A stretch of 64,000 bases of DNA, taken from the NCBI GenBank assembly GCA_973895155.1, contig OZ316897.1, forward strand, positions 22,295,455-22,359,454, written 5' to 3'. The notes below the pieces were generated by a model, which was not told the origin of the DNA, did not search any database, and saw nothing but the letters and a program-made list of their open reading frames with translations. Each line of letters opens with the position of its first letter. Within the stretch, counting starts at the first letter, position 1. This DNA comes from Marsupella aquatica (Eukaryota; Plantae; Marchantiophyta). The position numbers and the translations under genes are program-made. Positions 27,701 through 39,779 of the stretch are shown here, in pieces.

Positions 27701-27849
27701 GTCTAGCAAAACCTTTAGGCCTATTTGCACTTACAAAAGGAGGAAAAAGGGTGCAACCTCCATGTAAAGAATAAAAGGGTGCAAACTTGCAGTTATCCAA
27801 GTCTTGCACTTATTGTCTGAACACTGAACATGGTTCTATAAATGTCAAA

Positions 27850-29218
27850 AGAGTAGTGCACTTAGAGAGAGACTACTGTACTGCACGGCAGTTCTCGTAC
27901 TTTATAATTGTCTGGCAGAGTATGCACTTAGAGAGAGACAATGTAATACACAGTAGTTGTCTTACACGTACTACAAACATCTAGTATAGTGTGCACTTAG
28001 GGCGATGGCTGTATACTCAGTACTTCTCGGACTTTACGACTGTCTGGTACAGTGTGCACTTAGGGAAGACAACTGTACTACACAATAGTTCTTTTACTTT
28101 GTGAATGTGTCGTAGAGTGTGCACTTAGAGGAAGAAAACTTTACTACATAAAATTTCTACTTTGTGAATGCATGGGTAGATTGTGCACTTAGAGAGAGAA
28201 TGCTATACTACACAGTACTTCTTTTACTTGCGAATGTCTGGGAGAGTGTACACTTATAGAGAGATGACTGCAATACACGGTAATTCTCTTAAATTACAAA
28301 TGTTCAGTAGAGTGTGCACTTATAGAGCAACTGTACTACACAATAGTTCTCCTCCTTTATGAATGTCTGGTGAGTGTGCACTTAAAGAAAGATATCTGTA
28401 TTATACACTAGTTCTTTTTCTTTATTTACTAATGTCCAGTAGAGTGTGCATTTAGAGGGAGAGAAGGCTGTAGTACACAGTAGCTCTCTTACTTTAGACT
28501 GTACTACACTGTACTTCTTTTACTTTACTAACGTCTGGTGGAGTATGCACTTAGAGACTGTACTACACAGTAGCTCTCTTTATTTACAAATGTCCAGAAG
28601 ATTGTGCACTGATAGAGAGAAGGCTGTACTACACAGTAGCTCTCTTCCATTATTTACAAATGTCCAGAAGAGTGTGCACTTAGAGAGAGAAGGCTTTACT
28701 ACACAATAGCGCGCTCCGTTTAATAACATATGTCCCAAACGATTGTGCACTTATAGAGAGAAGGCTCTACTACACAGTAGCTCTCTTCCTTTCTTTATTC
28801 AATTACGGAGTGTGATTAGAGGATTGTGCACTTAGAGAGAGAAGGCTGTACTACACGGTAGCTCTCTTCCTTTATCTATTCAATTACGGAGTTTGATTAG
28901 AAGATTGTGCGCTTAGAGAGAGAAGGCTGTACTATACAGTGGCTCTCTTTATTTATTTATCTCTCCCTATCTACGAATGTCCAAACGAGTGTGCACTTAA
29001 CGGGAGAAAACTACACAGTGGCTCTCTGCCCTTATTTATTTCTCTCTCTCCCTATCCACGAATGTCCAATAGAGCCCACCAAAAGAGCCACCTAGAGAGA
29101 GAAGGCTGTACTACACAGTGGCTCTCTTCCTTTATTTATTTAATTACGAAGCGTGTCCAGACGAGTGTGCACTTAGAGAGAGAAGGCTGTACTACACAGT
29201 GAGTAGTTCTCTTCCTTT
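27850..29218 (+). repeat. Degenerate tandem array, ~19 units of 60-95 bp
   Basis: Consensus core GAGTGTGCACTTAGAGAGAGAAGGCTGTACTACACAGTAGCTCTCTT followed by a variable T-rich segment ending in AATGTCCAG-like sequence. Confidence 0.92.
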
Positions 29219-29390
29219 ACATTCTGTGTGTACTGTACCAATTGGACAGCAACACGCCTTTGCTGTCGACATTTCGTAGCGACGGAGTAGCAAACAAATT
29301 ACACTTCTCTTGTCCTCCACTCTCCTCTGCCTCTCCTCCTTGTGTTTCATTGTGTGCAAAATTGGAGATGGAGGGCAAGGGGTTTAGGGT

Positions 29391-29524
29391 TGACGTGTGT
29401 GTGTAGCGCAGGCTGATTGAGCTTCTCGCTGCTTGCTTGGGATGATGTTTGGGGCTTTGGTGTGGTGATTTATTGCCTTTGGTGGAGCACGCACGGGACG
29501 ACGATGCACGCGTTTGATTGACGT
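29391..29524 (+). promoter_or_regulatory. Two TGACGT motifs upstream of ATG1 (bZIP/TGA-type sites)
   Basis: TGACGT at 29391-29396 and 29519-29524, about 460 and 330 nt before the ATG. Short motifs, so chance is possible. Confidence 0.3.
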
Positions 29525-29850
29525 ATTGAACAGGCTGATTTGAGGTCATCATAGTTTACAACATCGGAGGAGGAATTCGTCAATGGAACACGATTACTTT
29601 ACTTTCCGGTTTTTCTAATTGCCTGCACAGAGAGAGCTCCACTGTATGGATTCAAAGGTTTGTCGAAACAATTTGGGAGGGTTTTGGAGCTCCGGGGTTG
29701 ACGAGGAAGAACGTGGAGGGACTCGGAATTCCGGCAATTGGATACGAAAGGCTGTCTGATTTCGTGATTTCGTGGTCTTCTGGTCTTGCACCCAAAGCGC
29801 CAATCCCCCGGGAGGATTCTGTGCTGGGTTTGTGACTAGAGGAAACGAGG

Positions 29851-32800
29851 ATGATGGCGCACCGGGGGGGTGGGGTTGGGCAGCCGCAGCGGATGATTGG
29901 AGATTATATTGTGACGACGCAAATTGGGGCTGGCGCGTTTGCGGTGGTGTGGAAGGCTCGTCACAAATTATCTGGGCATGAGGTGGCTATCAAGGAGATT
30001 GCGACGGAAAAACTCAACCCTAAATTGCAGGAGAGTTTGTTGTCCGAGATTGCTATTCTGAAGAGGACCACTCACCCGAACATCATTCGACTTCATGATA
30101 TCGTCGAGGTGAGTTGTAGGGAAAGTAAACGTTATATCTTTCCCATTACAATTAAATATAGCCTCTGTTTCTTGGCGCTGGATGGATGGCGTGAAGCACA
30201 AGAAGCATTAGGGACAGGTCTATGAATTGTGTCGAAATGAATTCGGCGGTGAATTGCCTTTTCACTTCCTTTCTGTCGTAGTGTGTGGATGTCCTTAGCA
30301 TCCGTTTAATTCAGTTCTGAGCCAAATGACTGTCGTCACAAAGCAGGCGCCGAATCGGATTTTCCTAGTTTTGGAGTACTGCACCGGGGGGGATCTCGCT
30401 GCCTACATTCAGCGTCATGGAAGAGTGACGGAAGCCGTCGCTCGGCATTTTATGCGACAATTGGGTAAGTGTCTGGATTTTTTGCCTTGTTTCTCACCAG
30501 AGCCAGAGCAGAAGAAATTCGGGTTTAAAAAGCCATTTGCCCTCGTCCCTTGATTTCAAGGACGAGAATCTACATTGACGTTGATTCTATTGTTTGACTA
30601 ATATTTGGAAGCCGATTTTTCGTCAGTCCGGCTTACTTATGAGCCTCGTATGGATTTTGTGCAAAAGTTTTACAGCTGAAACTTCCTTAATTTTGTGAGC
30701 AGGTGCTGGATTGCAAGTTCTAAGAGCAAATAACCTAATCCATCGTGACCTCAAGCCTCAGGTGGGTCAACGGGGCATACCTTTGTCTACTTTTGAAGGG
30801 CAAGTCATTCGGTTTCGCCGCATCATGAATGCCAATGTGCCAATGGAGACCGGACCACCCAGAATTTACCCTGTTGAAATTCAGTTGGTTTAATCATTGT
30901 CTTCGAAGCCTCGCTCTGTTGACATTCGTTTGATAGTTGTTGTCCTTTTCTGGAATCTGAGCTTCTGTTGGTGTTCAGAACCTACTGTTGTCAACCAATG
31001 ACCGCCACGCAGTTCTTAAAATTGCGGACTTTGGTTTTGCAAGGTGAGGATTTTCTGACGGAGAGCTCGTTCTGACTCCCTTTTTGTTTGCGTTTCTATG
31101 CTTTGGGATTTTGTTTAGAGATTTCGTCGTCCCTAAAGATTAGTGTGTTCCTAGCGGGGCTTTGTGATCTTGGAAGTGGCTTTTTCTCTTTCATGAGCTT
31201 TACATAATCAGCTGGACAATTCATCATTGTGGTTGCGTTTGGTGGTTTCAGGTCGCTGCAACCGCAGGGCATGGCAGAAACGATTTGTGGTTCGCCGTTA
31301 TATATGGCTCCTGAGATCCTCCAGCGCCAAAGATATGATGCAAAGGTCCATTATCCCTCTTACCCCCACAATTCCAGCTCTCAGACACCAAACATATTTC
31401 ACTGTGCGTTTAAGCTAGATTTGCGAACGATTTGTGGTGCATGAATGTCGACTCGCACCGTGGACAACTTGTAATACACTAACAAAGTTTTGATTTAACA
31501 TGGCAGGCAGATTTGTGGAGCGTTGGTGCCATACTGTTTCAGCTACTAACAGGACGCCCACCCTACTCTGGAAATAGTCATGTTCAGGTGCGTATTGTTT
31601 TACAAACTGAGAGGAAAAATGCGAGGTGTTGTCGCTGTGGTGATATGGTCTAGTTTTGGCATACTGTGCGTCTCTGATCTGTTGGCCTCTATCCATGAAA
31701 CTGGTCATGCATCAGCCTCGGCCGTTTGGTCCCATGGATTGCTGTCAAGAGTCATATGGCAACAAATTGAATTGAAACGCGAGTCTTGTTGGGTTGGCAG
31801 CTGTTGCTCAACATAGTGAAGTCAACCGAGGTGAAATTTCCAGAGGCAGTTCTTGCGGAGCTGCATCCAGATTGTGTTGACATGATCCGCAAATTGCTTC
31901 GTCGAAACCCACGTATGGTTCCTTTACACTGCATGACTGGTGTGAGTTTTTTTGGATTTGTCATGAAATAGCATTGGCTTGAATGTGAGGAGTTCAGGGC
32001 GTAATGCTTCAATAGTAATGTGTCGAAAGAAATTGTTTTCGATGATGTTGACTAACTTTGTCTCTACTTGAGAGGATTGTATTTATGTCTGGACTTCGGA
32101 ATTATTTTGCAGTGGAGCGGTTGTCCTTTGAGGAGTTCTTCAACCATAACTTTATGGGGTCCATGAAGTTCGTCTCAACTCCAATACTTCATCAAGTTCA
32201 ATTATTTGGACCAGGATAGAATTTGCAATTTGAAGTAGAAAAGACGGATGTCACCGGCCAATCCTCTGATTGTAGAGCTCATAAGAGCGCAGCACTGTTA
32301 ATTTGTTGACTTCAGTGTGTGTTAATGTGAGCTTTGCTGGGATAATTAACAAATAGGGAAAAAACTTACCACTTATTCGGTTCTTCCTGCAGGCCCAAGG
32401 TTGAAAAGAGAAGTCCTGGATATGCTAGTAGGAAAGCAGCTGAATTGACTGATCATTCTCAAGAAGAATGCTTCCCATTTTCACTTGATGATGAAACTCA
32501 TAGTCCAAGAGAGACTCGTTCACCGCCATTTAAACCAGCCTTGTTTTCAACATCGCCACCAAATAGCTTACCGCAGACGCAAGGTGGGGTACCAGCCAAG
32601 TTCGCTGTTGGTACTGCTCCTCCTCTTACCAGAGGAACTGCATCAAAACAGAGTCGGATAGGGTCAGGCTTCGTGTATGAGGAGAAAATGAAGATCACTG
32701 GGTTTGGGACGAGCCCTACTGGACTGGGAACCAGCCCAACTAGCCGGCTTCAGAAGTCTCAGAACAGTAAGCAAAGTGGATTTTCAAGTGCTGAAGACAG

Positions 32801-34676
32801 GATACAGTTGAAAGACACACTGAATCCTTCCTCCACAGTTACATCGTCAAAAGGAGGTAGCATTGAATCTCTCTGAAACTTCTTATTTGTTTGACAATAT
32901 GGCAGTTCCGGATCTGTTGTACATTAATGTGTTCTAATAATGTCGGCAAATACAGATAAGGTATCTAGTCATTACATTTTGGTTTTGAGAATTTGGCAGA
33001 ATCTAGCCTGAGCATCAACCATTCGACAGATGAGTGAGCGGGACTTACATAGCCTGCACTGGTTAAGTTTGTCTTGAACTTGAATCTCCTCACTCTCTCA
33101 AGTATCGCTGATTAGGAGTCAAAATTCGTTGTATGTAACAGGAGCTATGGTGGATTCAATGGAGTATATTGAGCGGGAATATGTTTTAGTGGGTAATATG
33201 ATACCTTCTACAGAGTCTCTATCTATGAGTGCCACATTTGTCGGGAAAGTGGTAGGGTCACCACAGAAGAATTCCATCTCAAGTGCTCCAACATCAGCTA
33301 CACTAACTACAGGGACACAGGCAATGCTTTCAGGGGGTCATGGATCTCCCTCGCACGAAATGTTCCAAGCAGTCTCAGAAACCGGCCCATCATCTGATCC
33401 TCAAACCAGACTTTCTTCACTCAAAAAATGTGCGCGCTTAGTTACTGAGCTTGCCAGTGACAAGGTATATTAATCAAAGCCTCAGTTCCTTCGTAGTTCT
33501 TGGGGTGGTATCCAGTTGAACAGGCCATTCAAATTTCAGAGAGCTCATTGTGGAACATTTTTGGGAGTTTTCCGCGATAATGTGCTGATCCATTTTATTC
33601 TTGATGAATAATTCACTGAAAAAATTGTCGTTATTCAGCTGGAAGCAGGGCAAGTTCTGGAGTCCTTTGCCATCCAGTTGGTGTGTCTGGCAATCTGGAA
33701 GGAGTCTCTGCATGCATGTCATACCTGGGCAGCAGCTGCAGCGGAGGAACATGGCCAGACTTACGCTAGAGGAGCACAGGAAGCAGATCATGAGGCGGCA
33801 GCTTCAACTGCTTGCTCCATGATGGAGCGTGAATTTTCTTTAGCTGTGGATCGAGCTGAGGATCTGGCCTCGCATGTGAGGGCTCTTGACGGTATGGCTA
33901 ATCAACTTTGATCTGTGGGTTGATCTAAATTGTGATGGTCTTTTCTACAAGAGGAAACACTTCGTGGTCTTCGTTAGGTTGGATGTGTAGTTCTAAAAGT
34001 TACGGTGTCCAAATTAGGACTTAAGCTGCGCGATCATCAGTCATGAATACGGTAACTGCACAGAGCAGTTGGAATTGGTGATTTTTGAGTCTGTAAAACA
34101 GTATCCTCGTACTCGCAGAATACCTTTAGCGTTAGAGAACTAAAATTATTCCTGCAATTTGTTTTGCCAGGGAGCACAGAAATGCAAGATGCAATGGATT
34201 TGATTTACCAGGCGGCGCTGGCGGTGGGTCGTGCTGGCGCTGTACGTTTCTCTTTGCTCACCGAATTTCAAATGTCTCAATCATGACTTCGATGTTGCCT
34301 TAATATTGCTGGGCCGTTCTCATTATTTCTGGAAGGACTGGCATTTACATCTCGCTATCTTGACGGTGTGGTCAAGCTTCCGTTCAAAAGGTTCTTGAAT
34401 CGACCATGTTTAACTAAGTTGAGGACCTTTTTTGCTCCTTGGCAGGTAGAGGAGCTCATGGGCAACGTGAGCAATGCAGCAGTGGCTTACGCCAAAGCAG
34501 CAGCCTTATTTTACTTTCTGTTGGTGGAGGCCCCTTATTTGCCTTTGAATCCTCCACTGGTGTTGAGTTCTGTGGATAGACAACGACTCTGCCGTTATGC
34601 GGAAGTAGTCACCATCAGGGAAAATCACTGTACTGCTCAGAGGGAGGCTATTCACGAACAGCAGCAGAGCTTTTAA
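29851..34676 (+). CDS. ATG1: Serine/threonine kinase ATG1 (autophagy-related 1), 13 exons, 727 aa
   Basis: Exons 29851-30108, 30347-30464, 30703-30761, 30979-31043, 31252-31345, 31507-31587, 31801-31912, 32113-32167, 32393-32856, 33142-33464, 33639-33891, 34171-34241, 34446-34676; all GT-AG and in frame. Motifs [37 protein letters not shown]8-interacting EREYVLV, and a C-terminal helical MIT/EAT-like region. Confidence 0.96.
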
Positions 34677-35085
34677 TGCCTGAATTAGTTTAATGAGGTT
34701 GGATTGATATTCATTTTTCAATACTTTCTGTACGATGCTCTTAGCTGGTATTCTGGTGATTTGATCAGGATCCTGCCTCCTACGTGAGTCTAGAGACAAA
34801 ACTGTACATATCATTTTTTGGTAAGAGGAAGGATTTTAGTGTCTAGAATTCAGGCAAGCATTAACTCTATCAGAAACTAGGTCCAAAATTCTTAGGTAGG
34901 ATTACTCGACAGAAAATCCCTTTCAGACATTGTAGGGGAATTATACTCGGGGAAAAAAACATGCAAATTGCTTGCATACCTGTTTTGTACGTATGCTCAA
35001 TAGTGTATAATTGTAAATAATCTCGTCCAGTCTTGTCTGATTTGTCATCATGACCACTTCAATGCATTATGAGTGCATAAAAAGC

Positions 35086-35260
35086 ATTTGCAAGGTTTGA
35101 TCGAGGTCACTCCACCCCTCAAATTCACTGCTAGAGGAGATTACACCCCATAACCACCTCTTGGCCATGGACACATTTGCAAGGTTCGATCAAGGTCACT
35201 CCACCCCTCAAATTCACTGCCGAGGAGATTACACCCCATAACCACACTCTTGGCCATGGA
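35086..35260. repeat. Tandem duplication, 2 x ~87 bp
   Basis: CATTTGCAAGGTT.GATC.AGGTCACTCCACCCCTCAAATTCACTGC...CTTGGCCATGGAC occurs twice. Confidence 0.9.
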
Positions 35261-36919
35261 CGCAAAAACAGTGGGTCTGGGCTGTATGGGCAATGGACTG
35301 CTGTTGCAGTGAAGTGTGGATAAGTGCATTCCGTGGATTAGTGCAGACCAAACGATGTAGTCCCCTAACATTACGAGCAATTTTTTTGCAAATGCAACAA
35401 CAAAATGCAACTTGTACAAGTGCAGGTCAACCCTCACAAAAGAACAAATATGGGCACCTAAATGACAATCACATAAGTGCATTTCCATCCACATGTGCAT
35501 TTTTCTATTACTACAATATGTACATAAGAACCATTTATTGATAAGTGCAGCAAACAAGTACATAGAGTAGTTTCAAGCACTTAATATCCAGTTGAAAATG
35601 TGCAATATGAGGAGTTGGATGTGTGTGACCCAACAACACAACCTGAGAAGTGCATAAGTGATTTGTGATGCACTTACTAGATAGTGCAGACCATGCACAC
35701 ATGGACAAGTGCATAAATGATGTCCCATGCACTTATAGCATGTTGCATTCCATGGATACAGACTTTCCTTACAATAGCTGAAGATCAGCTCCCATAGCTT
35801 TTATGTGTGTTTCCATAACTCTTGGGTTATGGGAAGAGGTTATACTCATATGGTTGACTATTGAAAAGTTAGGGGAAGACATTATCCTGGTATGGTAGAG
35901 TACGAGACACTGTAGAGTATTAGGGTGTGTCAAGGGAGTGCCATTGATAACAAAGGACATACAATGCTTTTATGACCGGGACAAATGTTACCGGCTACCT
36001 AAATAAGTACCCCATAATGATGGTAGGTCTATAATCTCTGTCTATAATCTCTGTACAGAATGAGGATCAATGATATATGCTATGAGATTGAGATAAGGCC
36101 AAAACTCCTGTCTTATGGAGTGGGTCAATGCTACCTCCCTTCAAATTTCAAAAATAATCCATAATTGATGCCATAAATTTCCAAAATCCATAACAGGATA
36201 GACCATAAATTTCTAACTTTCAGTCACAACTCACTTTGAGACTTCATAGTGAACCGTGTCTAAGTGTAAGTGCAGGCTTCAGGGAAGACATCACCAGCCA
36301 GCACTTATCCATGGAATGCTAACTTTTGTGTAACTTTCTTGTAACTTCAGGCGCAAATTTGGAAATAATGAAATCTGCAATTGGAGGCACGTGGGTTTTG
36401 CACCTGGCATGGTGAGGTAGCACATTTGAGGTGGTGGCTGACCAAGAATGAAGGAAAATTTTCTACATGTACCTGCTATTCCCATAATGCATTGCTTGGA
36501 AGTCATCTGTATGGTTTTTCAGGTTTCCGGGCCACTACAACGCTTTTTGACTGGATTATATCTCATGAATTATCATCTTAGTTTTAAATGATATTTATAT
36601 GGTAGACATTACAGCATCAATATTTGACAGCTGGTGGTGATTACGGTGCTACTACTCTCAAATGCTAACTGCAACAAATAAGTGTTGAACCACACAAACA
36701 CCCTTAACGTGCAGCTAAGGGTGCCTGCTTGTTTCTTTATGTTAGTATTTTTCCTCCTGTATAAGGTCTCCCAGTGTACACGGGTTGACCATATACGGTC
36801 GACCAAATACCTCATTAAGAAACACCCGACATCCTTAACTATATACATTATCCTATTCAAAAACCTTGCTTACAGGAGCTTACATGAATGTTGTGACACA
36901 CCCTCTCGAGACGCCCCAA

Positions 36920-38054
36920 TAGGGCGTGTCAAAGCACAACTCTAATTCAATTACAGCTCAAGACATTATTATTATTATTATTATTACGGACCCCATCAGA
37001 GGTCCCTTCCAAAATTCCTGGCACCAGAGCATGCCACGTCAACAACAACTGTAACAAACAAGACTCATCAGTTTTATGAACCAACTTACAATTTTCATTC
37101 GTGTTTGCGTCAATTTGGGTGTAAATTTTGGGACACCATGCCGTAAAAAGAAATGTAAAAATTTAGAAGACAAAGAGCAAGACTGGTAAAACTGTCACTA
37201 TGTAACCGTTTTAATTGCGTATCCAATTTAAAAAATTAAATTCAAAGATTTAAAAAGTATTTTTCAAATAATAAACAATGACTAATTACTAACTTGATAA
37301 CTTACTTGTTAAAGGGTAATTGGCACATGGAGTAAGATTTTCAGCCTTTTGCAATTCAGGCAAACTGCCAACTATGTCGGAACTTGAACTCAATGAATTG
37401 ATTCAATTCATTTGATCAGACATTGCCACGGATTGACTATTGACTCTTGTAGCTTGAGAATTTGGTTGCATGTAGCAAAAAAGCCTGATTTTGACAACTA
37501 CTTGTGATAACCATGCTGTCGACTTTGGCTTGCAAAGCACAGCTCTAACTCAATTAGAGCTCAAGACATAAAACTTTATTATTATTATGGCAGGGACAAA
37601 ATCACTATGGGCTACCAAAATATTTACCCAATAAGGGTAATAAATTAGAAAAAATAGAAACTTAACCAAGGGAGACAAAATCTCTATGGACTACTGAAAT
37701 ATATACATTGCGTGTTAAATCTATGTCAAGACAAAATCTCTATGGACTACCGAAATATATACACCGCGTGTTAAATCTATGTCAAGTTAATGTGGTCTGT
37801 ACACCGGAACATAAATTAAATACATTATATTTATGATCTACAAATCAAATGATTTCAACTACATGTGTCTTGGTTTATGTCCTGGTTATACCAATATTGA
37901 GTGGTTATACCAATATTGACTGGCTCTACCAATATTGACTTTGGTTTATGTTCTGGTTCTACCAATATTGACGTAGATTTAACGCAAGCAATAATATGTA
38001 CCCAATAAGGGTAATAAGTCCAAAAATAAATAAAGAACTTTGACACGCCCCCTA
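36920..38054. mobile_element. Non-autonomous DNA transposon-like element (hAT-like termini)
   Basis: Perfect 13-bp inverted repeat GGGCGTGTCAAAG (36922-36934) / CTTTGACACGCCC (38038-38050), extendable to TAGGG...CCCTA. AT-rich interior with internal direct repeats (~36930 vs ~37532; 2x ~54 bp at 37674-37786). No TSD found. Confidence 0.45.
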
Positions 38055-38723
38055 ATGTAAAGGGTGATGTGTACAGTAGGTGAGGGGGGCTCTTCCCGCT
38101 TCTTGTTCTTGTGGATCAGTTGGGTATGAAAATGTTTCATTGATGCGGGCGGCAAAGGAAGAGGAAGCTTGGTGCAGAAGGAGATGCAGCAACCAAATTG
38201 GCCCAAATTGGCTCCCAGAAGAAGCACTTTCGCTTCTCTGGATGCCGATCAACTTCTTCACGGAGGAAAGCAGGAAAGCAGGAAAGCTCGACGCTTTTCT
38301 CTGATGTCACATTGTTGGGACCTAGTTTCTTTCTTGCGCCTTTCCACAGCTTTCTTGCCGCTTCTTCTGTACTCTCGGTTTTCTGGGTGAGGCCTTTGAT
38401 GATGCACACAGGCTTCAGAAGGACCAATTCTCGTGTGGTCGTCTTTGGTTCTTGCCACAAAATGCGGATGAACTTGCCTCCCGATCCTCTCCTGTGGATG
38501 GTGGTCTGCTGATCAATTCTCTTTGATGCCCCACATTTGTTGGAGTCGGTCCTCCGTGGCTTGAACGGGAAATTTCACTACATTCTCGTTCGTCTCTACT
38601 GAAGTCGGTGCAATTCAACGCCCTTTAGCTTCTTACATGATGAAGCTCTGCTCGTCTATACCTTAACTTCGGGTCTTTCTGAGAGACAGGGATACCGGCG
38701 AAGCCACTGAGCGGTCCCTCCGT

Positions 38724-38841
38724 CATTTGCTCAATTTTTGCTCACACTTCTTCGGTTCAAATTTTGTGAATAGAAATGTAGCATTTGCTCAATTTTTGCT
38801 CACCCTTCTTCGGTTCAAATTTTGTGAAAAGAAATGTAGCT
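38724..38841. repeat. Tandem duplication, 2 x ~58 bp, upstream of the SNM1-like gene
   Basis: CATTTGCTCAATTTTTGCTCAC.CTTCTTCGGTTCAAATTTTGTGAA.AGAAATGTAG occurs twice. Confidence 0.9.
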
Positions 38842-39272
38842 TCCCGCCAACGGGATCGGGTAGTTGGTGCATCGCTCCCGCAGAGGTCCTTTTGATCTTC
38901 TCCCCCGCCATTAAGAAATTTCAGTCAGCAACAGCGTCACCTATGTAGTAGCGGGCTGACGGCCTCAACGAGGTTTACAGAGATTTTTGGAATAGTCCTC
39001 CTCTCCCTGGTGCCCGCCTTCGGAACTTCTTTTTTCTTTTGCAGTTGAGGAACTGAGGTCTGTTGAGATGTTCAATCAGTCAGCATTGTATTTGGGAAGA
39101 GATTGAAAGAAGTCTGATCGTTCCTGTGGGACTTCAGCAAATGGTGGCGATATGATTACCGAAGGAAAGCTGCTGCGCGAATGTAATTTTTGACGTGTGG
39201 TAAATTGCTGATGCCAATTATTGGAGGCAAGACTTTTGATCGGAGAAATGGCAGGCGGGCGCTGGTGTTAAG

Positions 39273-39734
39273 GTATGTGGATCTGGACTTCCTAAGAATT
39301 TGGTATTTGAAAACCTCAAACGATGATTGCCGGGTCACAGGAGTTGTCGAACTTGCCATGCTTGTGCGATGCAGCTTTTTCCGTTTAAAGATGAGTCAGA
39401 CGGTTGCTTGGATAACGGCATATTAGGCGAAACTCTTGTTTGCTGGCCTGGATTAGGATTAAAGCATGAAGAATGCTGAGTTGGAGCTGTGATTTAAAAT
39501 GTCACTCCCAGATCGCTTCAATAAGTTTTGCTTAGTCCCATTGCTGTGTTGCGCTATGACTGAAGATCTTTTCATGTAGTCAGGTCTAGATGGCAACTTA
39601 CACAATGGCCAGCTTTTTAAGAATTTCCTTTCCTGAATTGTGCATCTCGTGATTCTCCAAAATTCCTGCTCGAAGTGAAAGGCAGCTACCTCTTCATGAC
39701 GTTCATTGCACCCTGCCCTGTGCTGTTTGAACAG
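39273..39734 (+). other. Putative 5'UTR intron of the SNM1-like gene
   Basis: Consensus donor AAG|GTATGT and acceptor TTTGAACAG| ~45 nt upstream of ATG 39780. Confidence 0.5.
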
Positions 39735-39779
39735 AAGAGGTTTAGGAGACGGGGTGTAGTTTAGGCCGGACGAGTGACA

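Noticed and set aside
28446-29202. Short repetitive ORFs (VHLEREGCTTQ)
   Set aside because: Translations of the tandem array; unit lengths do not preserve frame and stops are frequent.
27850-29218. CRISPR array
   Set aside because: Variable segments are homologous, low-complexity and uneven in length; cores are degenerate; no cas genes; the context is eukaryotic.
39774-39779. GTG start for the SNM1-like ORF, and TTG/upstream starts for the GLP, LNK and RLK ORFs
   Set aside because: Artefacts of a prokaryote-style ORF caller; downstream ATGs match the expected N-termini or spliced models.
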